This document shows positions 1-9,727 of a stretch of DNA of 37,077 bases, one piece after another. Under the pieces are notes generated by a model. It made no database searches. It was given only the letters and a program-made list of their open reading frames with translations, and had not been told where the DNA came from. The DNA is taken from IMG/VR virus record IMGVR_UViG_3300045131_000805, positions 1-37,077 of that record, one strand, 5' to 3'. The DNA comes from a virus. Its lineage: Duplodnaviria > Caudoviricetes. Made by a program: the position numbers and the translations under genes. Within the stretch, counting starts at the first letter, position 1, and each line of letters opens with the position of its first letter.

Positions 1-1596
1 AGCAGATTGGATAAACTGATCGGCTGCTTGATCATGCATACGATCTGGATCTGCCTTTGGTGCGTTTGTTGGTCGATTCTTTTCGTTAGTTGCCCATTGT
101 GCTGGTTTACGACCTTTGCGTGTACGTCCTTTCGCTACTGAACGTTCTGCTTTAGTTGCTTTCGGTGAAATTGCGATGCCTTTTTTCGGTCTGAAAGGTC
201 CCATCAAATTCCGCGCTTCTGTAGATGTCATTTGTTTCATTGCATACTGTTGACGCAATACTTGTGCCGCGACATTATCTTTTACGTCGTTCGGATCTAC
301 TCCGGTAATCGTAACCTTCTGTTTCGGTTGTGTAAAGCCGCGCGAAAGTAATTCAGCTGCAATAAGGCCTAAATAGAAGGATAGCATATTACGTCCGGCA
401 AATTGGCCAACTTTCGTCGCACCAGATGCTAAATTCGCTTTCAACGAAGTTGCGAAATCATAGAGTTCTTTGGTCTCGAACTTCTCAGCTTGCATTGCCA
501 CCATTCCGATCGACTGCTCATCGTTCGAATAGCCATGACCAAAACTACTTTCAACATCTGGACGTACTTGCGGGCGATATGCCGGATCAATCTTGTTAAT
601 CTTACCGAGTAAATGCGCGGCGATTAATCCAGTTGTCGCAAAACCAGCTGCTCTTGCAGATGTCATACCAACCGCACGTAAACCTTCAAGCGATTTCCGC
701 GGTACTGCGCGCAAGAAATTCTTTAAATGACTTGTACCAGCAGCTTTAACATCTTCTGCCAACAAACGCGCGTTAAATTTAGGTTTAATCATGTCCGGAT
801 GGAAATATCTCGGTTTTGGTGGTTGCGTATGCAAACGATTTTTAAATGGACGCGCATAAAGCACAGGGGGCTGTCCGTCCGCAAAGTGCTTACGTTTCTT
901 ATCGGCTTCATTCTTGTTATGCCATTCACGAGCTATCTCGAGCCCGCCCAAGACCGTACCAATACCGCCCATCCATTTCATCTTCCGCATACGCTTACCG
1001 GCAGGTGTCTGAGCATGCAATTTCGCAGCGTGTTGTTTTTCGACGCGCAATTTCTTACGGATGCTAAGTTCGTCCGCAAGATTGCGATTCTTCTCCCAAA
1101 GTGTATTATATTCCTTGTGAGCCTTTGCGACACCTGGAGCAAGCGACGGGAGTTTGGCCGCAACAGGTTTCTTAGTCCCGGCGATTTTATCGGCAGCCGC
1201 TTTTAACTCTTTAATCTGTTTTGACGCCGGTACATCGAGCTTCGGATCAAAGCGATCCTTATCTTCGTTGAATGCATATGCCTTTGTCCAATCGGCGATA
1301 ATAACTTTATCCGGATCGCTACCGTAACCCTTATTAACTTTAAGGACTGCAGCACAGTTTGGACATCTGAAGTTACCAATTACGTCAACTGGCTCGCGAT
1401 AGAACATCTCGTTGCAGTTTGGACAACGAATTTCTTTCATTTTACCGCCATTAGTTCGCGCAATCTTTACTTCATCACTTACGATTGTAGAAATTGGATT
1501 GCCACTGGTAGAATTACTGGATTCTACCGGTTTCATACCGGTGTCCTCATAGTGTTGGGCGAATAACTTAGGTTTGTTTGTTTTGACGTGAAGCAT
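1..1596 (-). CDS. Large basic protein with N-terminal Zn-ribbon, partial (runs off window start); probable head-associated/internal virion protein
   Basis: Manual translation from ATG 1596 (RBS AAGGAGG) is open to position 1 (532 codons: MLHVKTNKPK...). It has CPNC-x16-CPNC and several Gly/Ala-rich hydrophobic segments, and lies directly downstream of the portal. Not in the ORF track because it has no stop in the window. Confidence 0.75.
   Translation of the reverse strand, partial: MLHVKTNKPKLFAQHYEDTGMKPVESSNSTSGNPISTIVSDEVKIARTNGGKMKEIRCPNCNEMFYREPVDVIGNFRCPNCAAVLKVNKGYGSDPDKVIIADWTKAYAFNEDKDRFDPKLDVPASKQIKELKAAADKIAGTKKPVAAKLPSLAPGVAKAHKEYNTLWEKNRNLADELSIRKKLRVEKQHAAKLHAQTPAGKRMRKMKWMGGIGTVLGGLEIAREWHNKNEADKKRKHFADGQPPVLYARPFKNRLHTQPPKPRYFHPDMIKPKFNARLLAEDVKAAGTSHLKNFLRAVPRKSLEGLRAVGMTSARAAGFATTGLIAAHLLGKINKIDPAYRPQVRPDVESSFGHGYSNDEQSIGMVAMQAEKFETKELYDFATSLKANLASGATKVGQFAGRNMLSFYLGLIAAELLSRGFTQPKQKVTITGVDPNDVKDNVAAQVLRQQYAMKQMTSTEARNLMGPFRPKKGIAISPKATKAERSVAKGRTRKGRKPAQWATNEKNRPTNAPKADPDRMHDQAADQFIQSA
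859..871 (+). repeat. Dispersed motif AAGCACAGGGGGC, copy 1 of 8
   Basis: Exact 13-mer also at 10730, 12677, 18379, 29395, 36912; reverse-strand 12-mer CCCCCTGTGCTT at 18411 and 30557. Confidence 0.9.
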
Positions 1597-1609
1597 CTTT
1601 GCCTCCTTA

Positions 1610-3271
1610 TTAACGTTTCTTTGATTTATCTTTCATCGTTGGTTTTGCAACGACTTGTTTCTGACTTGGCTTAGCTTTGTCATTTGGTTTTGATTTTGGT
1701 TTGTCAGTTGGTTTTGGTTTGCTACCTTTAGCTGGATCATTCTGCTGGATTGGTTGACCCGTATTTGGATCGATATTTGGATCCATCTGCGGCTGAGATG
1801 CTTGCTGCAGTTCGCTAATCGATTGCATATTGATAACACCTTCACCTTCTTGTGGTTCACGTAATCCAATCGTTTCTCGAACTTGCGCTTCACTAACTTG
1901 GAGACCTAAATTAACTGCGGTTTGTACCGTGTTCAAGAAGATTGTTGGATCTTCGAGTGCACCTTGCTTGAAATCGAAGATAGGTCGCATCTCTTTTGGA
2001 ACATCCGGTGTGTTCAATTGCGCATCGAACGCCATCAGTGTATCATTAAGTGTTTGCTTAAGAAGATTCTTATCCGTTTCAACTACCCAAGCGAATACAC
2101 TTTGATGAACCTGAGCTGCTGCATACGATCCTCTTGCACCTGAAGGCATTTCGGTCATTAACTCTTGACCTAATATACATCTTGTAATTGCTCTATCGAT
2201 ATATTCGATAAGCTGTAAAAAGAGAGCCGGATTATTCACTTGTCTAACGACGTCAACAGATACCTCACCTTTTTTACCGGGAATCGTAACTACACTATCA
2301 TTCTTAAGTGCGAGCATTATCTCGTGAAGCTTATTAGCCAACGAAGCATGTTGTGCACCCGTGTATAAAATCTTCGCGGGTGAACCACCTCGTTCGAGTG
2401 ATTGCAAATAAAACTTAAGTGCGAGAGTCTTAAAGTAAAAATAGTGGTAAAGAGGTGTGTCTGCTAATCCTTTACCATAATAAATATATCCGGCATCTGT
2501 TGGTTCTTTCCACGAGCCGTCTGAAACATTAAATGTATGCGTAATAAACTTATATGGCGGTAATGCAATACCTTGATTTACATTTGCCGGACATAGTAAG
2601 CGTGGATTACCATCCTTATCAAACTTAATACGGTCTTTATTAACCGGACAGTGATCTTTGATAATATAACCAGCTTGTTCATCGAAGGTCCAAATGAGTT
2701 CATTGACACTTAAACCTGGAAGAAGTGCTTCTAGAATATTATCTAGCAGCTCTGTAAACCTTGGCAGGCGACGAATACGTCTTTCAGCTTCAGATGCGAT
2801 GTTAATTGCCTTGGCATCTTTCTCATATGCTGTTGGTGGTTTAATAATCCACGGTAATCCAGCGGATGCAGCCTTACGTACCATCATCGTATAGTAGATC
2901 TGAGGATCTCTAGCCATACGACCATATATCAGAGGATCCTTACGGAGTGCGTAATCCGGATCATCGATAATACCTTGGACCAGTACGCTAAAGAACTTAT
3001 CGAAACCACTCACTCGCTGTGAAAGAGCATTCTGGATAACTTGATATACACCTTGCCCAGCAATTGGTGTCATCATCTTGGAGCCATTTTGGCTATTCGC
3101 ACTATACGTTAAAAATTTTGCGCGTATATCTGAATATTGGCCAATCGCATCGTTTGGATTGGATGTTGATGCAGCTATCGGAGCTTCAATTGGCTCCATC
3201 GGGTCTGCGAGTATCCGTTGTAGCGGTCTTAAGTTCTGAGCATTAAAGTTTAATGGACGCTCACTGGCCAT
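1610..3271 (-). CDS. Phage portal protein, Mu gp29/DUF935 family
   Basis: ILGQELMT...GSYAAAQVH signature, 553 aa, adjacent to TerL, low-complexity K/P-rich C-tail. Confidence 0.88.
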   Translation of the reverse strand: MASERPLNFNAQNLRPLQRILADPMEPIEAPIAASTSNPNDAIGQYSDIRAKFLTYSANSQNGSKMMTPIAGQGVYQVIQNALSQRVSGFDKFFSVLVQGIIDDPDYALRKDPLIYGRMARDPQIYYTMMVRKAASAGLPWIIKPPTAYEKDAKAINIASEAERRIRRLPRFTELLDNILEALLPGLSVNELIWTFDEQAGYIIKDHCPVNKDRIKFDKDGNPRLLCPANVNQGIALPPYKFITHTFNVSDGSWKEPTDAGYIYYGKGLADTPLYHYFYFKTLALKFYLQSLERGGSPAKILYTGAQHASLANKLHEIMLALKNDSVVTIPGKKGEVSVDVVRQVNNPALFLQLIEYIDRAITRCILGQELMTEMPSGARGSYAAAQVHQSVFAWVVETDKNLLKQTLNDTLMAFDAQLNTPDVPKEMRPIFDFKQGALEDPTIFLNTVQTAVNLGLQVSEAQVRETIGLREPQEGEGVINMQSISELQQASQPQMDPNIDPNTGQPIQQNDPAKGSKPKPTDKPKSKPNDKAKPSQKQVVAKPTMKDKSKKR

Positions 3272-4689
3272 GCGATACCTCCTGAATTATTATTTCCTGT
3301 ATCAATACCTAATTCACGGTCGAGTTGTTTGCTTACTCCCGCGAACGGACTGTGCGTAACTAACTGTTTTCGTTTTTCGACTTCTTGTAAATCTGTATGA
3401 GCTAATTGATATCCTAAATCCTGCCATCTCTTGTACGGAAGCATATGGCTCATTTCCATTTGGCAAGCCATTCTCATCGCATCACACGTATGATCGTCTT
3501 CTTTTAATGGTTCTTCTTTTGACGACTTAGCTTTACTTCTATACGACGATACTTCTCTTCTCGTTCGTTCACACTTATCGGAAATAAATAAGGCGGTTTG
3601 GCCAAATAGAGCCTGTACTAATAAGATACCTTCTAATACTTGCTTATCTGCTGGACGGCAATCGAAGCCAATAAACTGATTTGCATCATCGTGACAGTTT
3701 TGAATCTCACCACGACATTGAGCGTCGTGATCCGTATACGCCCAAGGTAATAAAGGTGAGCGAAATTTGCGTTGATGCTCAGCTTCTTGATTTCGTATCG
3801 CAATGCAGTGCTCCTTTACCGTCTTTCGTCTTTGATAATACTCATCATAGAATACGATCTTCCTACCATTATGTACGTACCATAAGCACGCGAATGGATT
3901 TTCATATCCGAAGTCAATAACCTTACCCCAAGATAAGGAATGACGCTCGTTAACATCGAAGATTGATAAGAAGTTCTCGTAAGGTAATATATGTCCTTGT
4001 GGATAATAGGTTGCTTTAAAGTTTTCCCAGTACGCACCTTCAAAGGCGCAAAACTGACCTAACACATATCGTTTAAAGTAAGCACTCTCCGGATCAAACG
4101 ATACCGTCATGTCCGTAATATAGTCTTCCGGCAAGAATGTATTTTCATTTGACGGTGCTTGCGTTAAACGATACTTGTTCGGATACTTCTCTGCGAGTAT
4201 TACAAAGTATTCATATGTCCAATGAGCAGGTCCAGCAGGATTGCCGACACCGAATCCTCGATGTCGGCCACCCTTTTTACGCAAACGGCCCTGGAGCATT
4301 CGAAAGATATCTTGTTTGACTTCTCCAATCTCATCAAGACCAAACCAGTCGAGCTCTAACGAAGCTAATCGACCTGGAGATTCGAGGTTTCGAAAGATTA
4401 TCTCCGAACCGTTTCTTAACGTTAACGTATCATTTGATTTACGCCAACTTTCAATCCAACTTGGCGGGCATAGCTCGAAGAACTTCCGCTGTGTCGTGTC
4501 TTCCAACATTCGATATGTCGAAGCACCAATAAGTCCTCGTGAAGGTATAGACGCTTCTCGTAGGCTTTGTAAACACAGCACGTGAGTCTTACCAGAACCA
4601 AACCCACCAATATATGCGGCAAAAGATACTTCATCGACATTCGTCATGAATTCTTTTTGCTTCGGAAGATATTCGAACACTACAGCCAT
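3250..4689 (-). CDS. terL: Terminase large subunit
   Basis: Walker A GGFGSGKT, Walker B WFGLDE, GNP coupling motif, nuclease motifs VIDFGYENP and DDHTCDAMR. Confidence 0.95.
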   Translation of the reverse strand: MAVVFEYLPKQKEFMTNVDEVSFAAYIGGFGSGKTHVLCLQSLREASIPSRGLIGASTYRMLEDTTQRKFFELCPPSWIESWRKSNDTLTLRNGSEIIFRNLESPGRLASLELDWFGLDEIGEVKQDIFRMLQGRLRKKGGRHRGFGVGNPAGPAHWTYEYFVILAEKYPNKYRLTQAPSNENTFLPEDYITDMTVSFDPESAYFKRYVLGQFCAFEGAYWENFKATYYPQGHILPYENFLSIFDVNERHSLSWGKVIDFGYENPFACLWYVHNGRKIVFYDEYYQRRKTVKEHCIAIRNQEAEHQRKFRSPLLPWAYTDHDAQCRGEIQNCHDDANQFIGFDCRPADKQVLEGILLVQALFGQTALFISDKCERTRREVSSYRSKAKSSKEEPLKEDDHTCDAMRMACQMEMSHMLPYKRWQDLGYQLAHTDLQEVEKRKQLVTHSPFAGVSKQLDRELGIDTGNNNSGGIAWPVSVH

Positions 4690-4697
4690 AACTTATA

Positions 4698-5012
4698 CTA
4701 CGCACTTAAATACGCAGCCGTCCTCGTCATCTTAAATATAGATTTCAACGTGTTCTTTGTGATTGTTACGGTTACCGTGTAGATTGCACCAGCCGTAAAC
4801 GCCGCGGACACCGTATTTGATAGTGTACCGTTATAACAACCACCAGAACCAACCGCCGAAAACGCTATCGTACCTAATGACGTAGCCGGTGTATCTGTCT
4901 TTACGACATTACCCACAATCTCGGCATCGTTGATTTCCGCATCCGTTAACGCATCTGTCAAATCTTCGATCGCAATTAAATTATCGCTACCAATATACCA
5001 ATACTTATCCAT
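4698..5012 (-). CDS. Small beta-rich (Ig-like) putative virion protein
   Basis: 104 aa with Thr/Ala/Gly-rich beta-strand pattern; coupled to neighbouring genes. Confidence 0.5.
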   Translation of the reverse strand: MDKYWYIGSDNLIAIEDLTDALTDAEINDAEIVGNVVKTDTPATSLGTIAFSAVGSGGCYNGTLSNTVSAAFTAGAIYTVTVTITKNTLKSIFKMTRTAAYLSA

Positions 5013-5223
5013 TTATGGCCTCTGTTTTTACATATACCCGAAATTGAAAGGGCGTTGAATATGAATCGATTGTTCCACCTAATACTAGTGCACTATCACT
5101 TACTGATTGTGCCAGTCGCGGCCTATTTGAAACCGTAAATTTATATAAACCTTCTATGATACGTTCAGCATCGAAAATAAACGGTACGGCAAGTTCTTGC
5201 AACGTTAAAATGTCGATGTTCAT
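5005..5223 (-). CDS. Hypothetical protein
   Basis: 72 aa, overlaps both neighbours in operon fashion. Confidence 0.5.
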   Translation of the reverse strand: MNIDILTLQELAVPFIFDAERIIEGLYKFTVSNRPRLAQSVSDSALVLGGTIDSYSTPFQFRVYVKTEAING

Positions 5224-5771
5224 ACCGGCGTACTCGCATCACTAACAGTCTGTACATTTGAGACATCGCTAATCGTCTGTGTGGTTATTACAACTTGCGG
5301 ATTGGCATCGTCATATGTTTCAATCGTTAATAGTGTATCATTCTTAACAACTTTCTTAAAGAATCGTCTCCATACTTGAACGAGCATCTCCCTAAAATTA
5401 GTTGCAACACCTGTCGGAGGTGTCATTGGAATAGCATCAAGACCATCTACCGCTAATTTATAACCTGTCTTGTCACTGTCAATTTCAAAGCTATCAATGA
5501 CAGCGGAGTAAGTTGCAGTTGAGATGACTGCGGTTACGATAATCTCAACTTTATCTCCCTCCGCAAAGACTGCATTTGTTCCAAAAGAGTTTGTCGAACT
5601 CACACTATACAAACCACCACCTAATGACGCAACAGTAGTGTCAAAGGTGGCGTCAGATACCACTTCATTGTTTTTATAAACAGCAACCACAGCCGATGTT
5701 GCATCTTCTGGCACACCTGTAGTAGGGTTGCTGATGATAAATTGTTTAAAATACCTCGAGGTCAGCTTCAT
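5220..5771 (-). CDS. Putative virion structural protein (beta-rich)
   Basis: 183 aa, Ig-like N-half (GGGLYSV); translationally coupled. Confidence 0.55.
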   Translation of the reverse strand: MKLTSRYFKQFIISNPTTGVPEDATSAVVAVYKNNEVVSDATFDTTVASLGGGLYSVSSTNSFGTNAVFAEGDKVEIIVTAVISTATYSAVIDSFEIDSDKTGYKLAVDGLDAIPMTPPTGVATNFREMLVQVWRRFFKKVVKNDTLLTIETYDDANPQVVITTQTISDVSNVQTVSDASTPV

Positions 5772-7711
5772 TATGCTACCGCCTTAATAATTGATTGATT
5801 GTTTATTGCTCTATGAGGAGCTAAAGAGCCTACTACATTACTACCGTGGTCTGTTCCTTTGAGAACTTTTTCTGCCGGTAACTGGAATGGAAATCTTGTG
5901 TTACCAAACTGTATATAATTAGCACTTGTATTTTGAAGAGTTGGAAGTTTACCCGAATAAGGATGACTTGATGCTGAATATATAAAATTCACATTTTCCA
6001 AAAGTATACTGCTTACGAAATCTGCACTTATTGCTGGTGTACCACCTGACGCACCACCAGAAAGATTTCCATTTCGCTGAGTGAAAGTTCCTGTACCGTT
6101 GCTAAAGTCAACTCCAAATGCACCGGGCCCACTGCCACCTGTTACACTACCTCTAACTTCAAGAAAATTTGCACCAATTCTGACACCAGTTGCCGTAGTA
6201 CCACCTATAATATTTCCAACAACCAATATACTAATATCCGCACCACTGCTAGCTGAAATGCCATAAGCCATTGCTCCGTTACCGCCAGTTACATTGCCAT
6301 AGACCTCTAACAATGGACTGACTTGCAATATGGCAAAAATCATCATTTGAGTACCGCCTGTCACGTTACCATAAACAGTTGTTTTGCCCGCATTAGCAGA
6401 TTGAGTTAGTATACTTCCATTTGACGCTGTTAAATGGCAGAGATTCTCTGCTGAGCCTAAAACTAATTGGCATACTGAAGCGTGCAATATTGGTGTAGTA
6501 CTATTTAAATTTATAACAGAAGGAGCAATTAGAGTGGCTATGGCATTAACATTACTTCCTGATGTAATGATTGAGGCCGCACGATGATAGGATTGTACGC
6601 TCTGTGTGGCAGTAAGTGTAATTGAAGCATCACCTAAAAAGTTCAATACTCCTACACTAAAAAGAATCACAGTATCTACGACAGCATTTTCGGTTACTGT
6701 AACTACAAAACCAGTCAATAGAACTTTAGTTGCAGATGTCGGAACAGCACCACTTGACCAAGTTAAAGTGTCTGACCAATTACCGTCTTTAATAGGCATA
6801 ACAAAATCTGTTATAGGAGGGGCACTTGGTGTTCCAAGATACCACGCTGTTGCTCCTCCAGAGATGTCGTAAGAATTTCCTACGTGATAACTGCCTACCG
6901 TAGGGTTTTGGATAGCTATTCCGTGTGCTGTGGTATTAGAGCCACCTGTTACATCACCACAAACAGATATTGTTGCCCCAGCTAAAGAGCAACTAATAGC
7001 TATTGCATTAGAAACAGTACCTCCTTGCACATTACCTTTGATGTGCAAACCGGATACATTGGAAGATGCAATTAATGATATTGATAGAGCGATATTGTGT
7101 ATGATGTTACCTATAACGGTCATAGCTACAGTGTTGCTAATAACAGTTTTTGTTGAACCAGTAAAATCAGGCGTTCCATTGATAGTCAGACACCCAGAAT
7201 TTAGAATAGCGAACCCGTTAGTATATGTAGCTGTCAATTTTTTCACACCAGTTAGGTTGACAACAACATTCTGACCTGAGTTGGATATTGCTGCTGTGGC
7301 AGCCGTTGGACTTCCAACAACTTGAGCAACATTAAGAGTAATTAGACCACGGCCGCCTGTAGTTATCGTTACCGCATTACCTCCAGCACCTCCTGCTTTA
7401 AGTAAAGTCTCGCAATTAAGCGTGAAATTGCTACAAGCTCCAGAAAGACGCAATATAGCGGAAGTTCCCGCTTGTATAGTTGGAGCTGTCAAAGTGCAAC
7501 CAATGCCTGTGCAAGATATATAGCCCGTTCCAATCGCATTTGCGGCAGTTCCGGGGTATATTGCAAGAGCTTCTGCCGTTGTATTATCTACGGCAAGCGT
7601 CATAGCTTTGCCAGCTAAATATACGGTATCGGTGGCAATAGGAACCCAGCCTGAACTCCACTTAGCCGCAGTATGCCAATCACCTGATGCCACTGCTTGA
7701 TTAACAGCCAT
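5771..7711 (-). CDS. Gly/Thr/Ala-rich beta-helix protein with an internal duplication; putative adhesin or fiber
   Basis: Two modules each start with GxWxxxxxWSSGxVP and continue with xVxGG beta-helix-like repeats. Confidence 0.65.
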   Translation of the reverse strand: MAVNQAVASGDWHTAAKWSSGWVPIATDTVYLAGKAMTLAVDNTTAEALAIYPGTAANAIGTGYISCTGIGCTLTAPTIQAGTSAILRLSGACSNFTLNCETLLKAGGAGGNAVTITTGGRGLITLNVAQVVGSPTAATAAISNSGQNVVVNLTGVKKLTATYTNGFAILNSGCLTINGTPDFTGSTKTVISNTVAMTVIGNIIHNIALSISLIASSNVSGLHIKGNVQGGTVSNAIAISCSLAGATISVCGDVTGGSNTTAHGIAIQNPTVGSYHVGNSYDISGGATAWYLGTPSAPPITDFVMPIKDGNWSDTLTWSSGAVPTSATKVLLTGFVVTVTENAVVDTVILFSVGVLNFLGDASITLTATQSVQSYHRAASIITSGSNVNAIATLIAPSVINLNSTTPILHASVCQLVLGSAENLCHLTASNGSILTQSANAGKTTVYGNVTGGTQMMIFAILQVSPLLEVYGNVTGGNGAMAYGISASSGADISILVVGNIIGGTTATGVRIGANFLEVRGSVTGGSGPGAFGVDFSNGTGTFTQRNGNLSGGASGGTPAISADFVSSILLENVNFIYSASSHPYSGKLPTLQNTSANYIQFGNTRFPFQLPAEKVLKGTDHGSNVVGSLAPHRAINNQSIIKAVA

Positions 7712-8010
7712 TATAGTATCTTCCTAATAACATTAAGTTGGTCAACCAAAGTAATAATGCCACCATAAATCTGACCTACTAATGGAGCCAGTTCTGTTAA
7801 ATCGGCTTCAAGATTCAACATATCAGCAAGATAAACAGTTTTGCTATGGCCTGTTGAAGTCCACTTGCCATTTGCGTCTACTATTGCCGCAGTAAGCGTC
7901 AACTGACAAGAGCTAACCAAGTCACCATTCTGTATTCCTGTCTGAATAAGTATCTGCGGAAAATAAATACTGTTTGGAACCGGTAATGTTGTTTGCATTT
8001 CTAAAGGCAT
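7711..8010 (-). CDS. Hypothetical protein (possible fiber-associated)
   Basis: 99 aa, coupled via overlapping stop/start to the beta-helix gene. Confidence 0.55.
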   Translation of the reverse strand: MPLEMQTTLPVPNSIYFPQILIQTGIQNGDLVSSCQLTLTAAIVDANGKWTSTGHSKTVYLADMLNLEADLTELAPLVGQIYGGIITLVDQLNVIRKIL

Positions 8011-8011
8011 T

Positions 8012-8500
8012 TTATTTCTCTCCTAACTTTCTTTTATACTTCGCCCAAGTGACCCAGCCACCTAAACGTACTCCGCTATAAATAACACCTCGGCAATGCC
8101 AACTGCAATTCAGTACTAGCATTGCCTCTTTGAAAATAAGGTCACACTGTTTACGCGTATATGTTTTGCCTAACGCGTAATTAGTTCCACAAACACTATA
8201 CAAGTAATCGTGCAGTATAGCAGCTTTTCCATACAGACCAAAAGGCGGATATATAGCCCAAAATATTCTTGGCACAGAAGCCATATCTGTAATAAAGCCT
8301 TTAGGAATATGAATGAATATTCCGCTACCTTTTTCGCCTATTTCATAGTCGTATTCTTCATCTAAACGCCAGTGCTTACCATCGTATAGCCTTGAATCTA
8401 TACGGATACCGGCCCTGATGTCCCTTTGGAACTGGTCATGGTCAAGTACGGAATACTGAAGTTCTGAAGTAAAACTACTCATACTAATCCCATCCTTCAA
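8012..8500 (-). CDS. DUF1353 family protein
   Basis: PKGFITDMASVP...YGKAAILHDYLY...RKQCDLIFKEAM signature. Confidence 0.85.
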   Translation of the reverse strand: MKDGISMSSFTSELQYSVLDHDQFQRDIRAGIRIDSRLYDGKHWRLDEEYDYEIGEKGSGIFIHIPKGFITDMASVPRIFWAIYPPFGLYGKAAILHDYLYSVCGTNYALGKTYTRKQCDLIFKEAMLVLNCSWHCRGVIYSGVRLGGWVTWAKYKRKLGEK

Positions 8501-9362
8501 AATCGAACGAACTATTTAACGCAAACGGCGTTCCACCAACTTCCCACATATTATTATCGATATTTCCCGTTAATGTTCCGTGAACAGTGCCTACCGCATC
8601 GTAGAGCGTGTTAACGTCTACACCCAAATCACAATCCGATGCCCAGCTTGCAACCTTACCAGTCGCTAAGGCGGCGTATTTTCTGCCTGCTCCTCCGTTG
8701 ACAATTTCGTCCACTTCTACTTGTGTTAGCTCCCCACTTACAGCACCATAATCCTTGTATATACGTATGTCATCAATGCCACCAGTTAGCCAAGCACTTC
8801 GGGCAGACGGTTCAACTCCGATAATTAAGTCTTCTGGCCTATCCAAAGACTTATCAGCGATAGACATCTCAAGTGTCGGAGAACCCTTAATACCATCAAT
8901 ATAACAATAACCAGAACCATCTCTATCCACTGTAAATATAACAGAGTGCCATACATCGGCGGTTGTTGCGGCTTTAGAAATAACTCTTTGATGATAGTCT
9001 GTGTCGACTATTGACATTCCAAAAGTTCTGGTTAGTGCCGTGTAATATATACTCCATCCAATACCACCAGCGGCTTCCCTTTTGGCTAAAATATAATCTA
9101 CTGCCGTTGAAGATGCGGGTAACTTAGCCCGAAAGCTGATACTAAAATTACCGGTGCCCACATTTAATGATGCCGCATGTGGAACCACCGCATACTGGTC
9201 AATACCATTGAATTTTAACGCATAATCACCCATATCACACATCCATTCCGAAGCTAATATTGAAAAGTCCTGAAAGTCCACACGCCTGTCGCCATTCAAG
9301 TCCGCACGAAGCGAACCGAAACATAAACCAGTCACAACCAGTACAATAAAAAGACTTCTCAT
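8484..9362 (-). CDS. Secreted-type LamG/concanavalin A-like lectin protein with N-terminal dockerin-like EF-hand motif
   Basis: Signal-peptide-like N-terminus; ADLNGDRRVDFQDFSILASEW; ALKFNG..FSISF..WHSVIFT..YIDG..GGIDDIRIY LamG motifs. Confidence 0.8.
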   Translation of the reverse strand: MRSLFIVLVVTGLCFGSLRADLNGDRRVDFQDFSILASEWMCDMGDYALKFNGIDQYAVVPHAASLNVGTGNFSISFRAKLPASSTAVDYILAKREAAGGIGWSIYYTALTRTFGMSIVDTDYHQRVISKAATTADVWHSVIFTVDRDGSGYCYIDGIKGSPTLEMSIADKSLDRPEDLIIGVEPSARSAWLTGGIDDIRIYKDYGAVSGELTQVEVDEIVNGGAGRKYAALATGKVASWASDCDLGVDVNTLYDAVGTVHGTLTGNIDNNMWEVGGTPFALNSSFDFEGWD

Positions 9363-9374
9363 ACCAAACTACTC

Positions 9375-9713
9375 TTACTTAACGATATATTGTAAGTAAC
9401 CGTAACCGTTTGTAATTGCGCCTGTAATAGTTAAATTCAATGCCTTACCGGCATCCGTTGCAAAAAGTACGATACCGCTCGAAACACTACGTATTAATCC
9501 ACCATTGGCAGCTAGGCAATAACCCATAATCTGTTCCGTACCGTTGGTAAAGACTGCTCTCGCAGCTGCATCTGATGATAACTGTAAACCAACTACTTGG
9601 ATCTGTTTGCCCGCAACTGCTGCAATAAGTTCTTGTGTTGCAAGAGTAAACGGCAGCTGATAAATCGTCCGAGCTACATAGCAAATATCTTCACAACCGA
9701 GTATACTTTCCAT
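9375..9713 (-). CDS. Hypothetical beta-sandwich protein (putative virion decoration)
   Basis: 112 aa, RBS AAGGAG upstream. Confidence 0.55.
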   Translation of the reverse strand: MESILGCEDICYVARTIYQLPFTLATQELIAAVAGKQIQVVGLQLSSDAAARAVFTNGTEQIMGYCLAANGGLIRSVSSGIVLFATDAGKALNLTITGAITNGYGYLQYIVK

Positions 9714-9727
9714 TTGAGACTCCTTAT

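Noticed and set aside
727-1206. Plus-strand 159-aa ORF and the other plus-strand ORFs throughout the track
   Set aside because: They are antisense to well-supported minus-strand genes and have no recognisable motifs; shadow ORFs.
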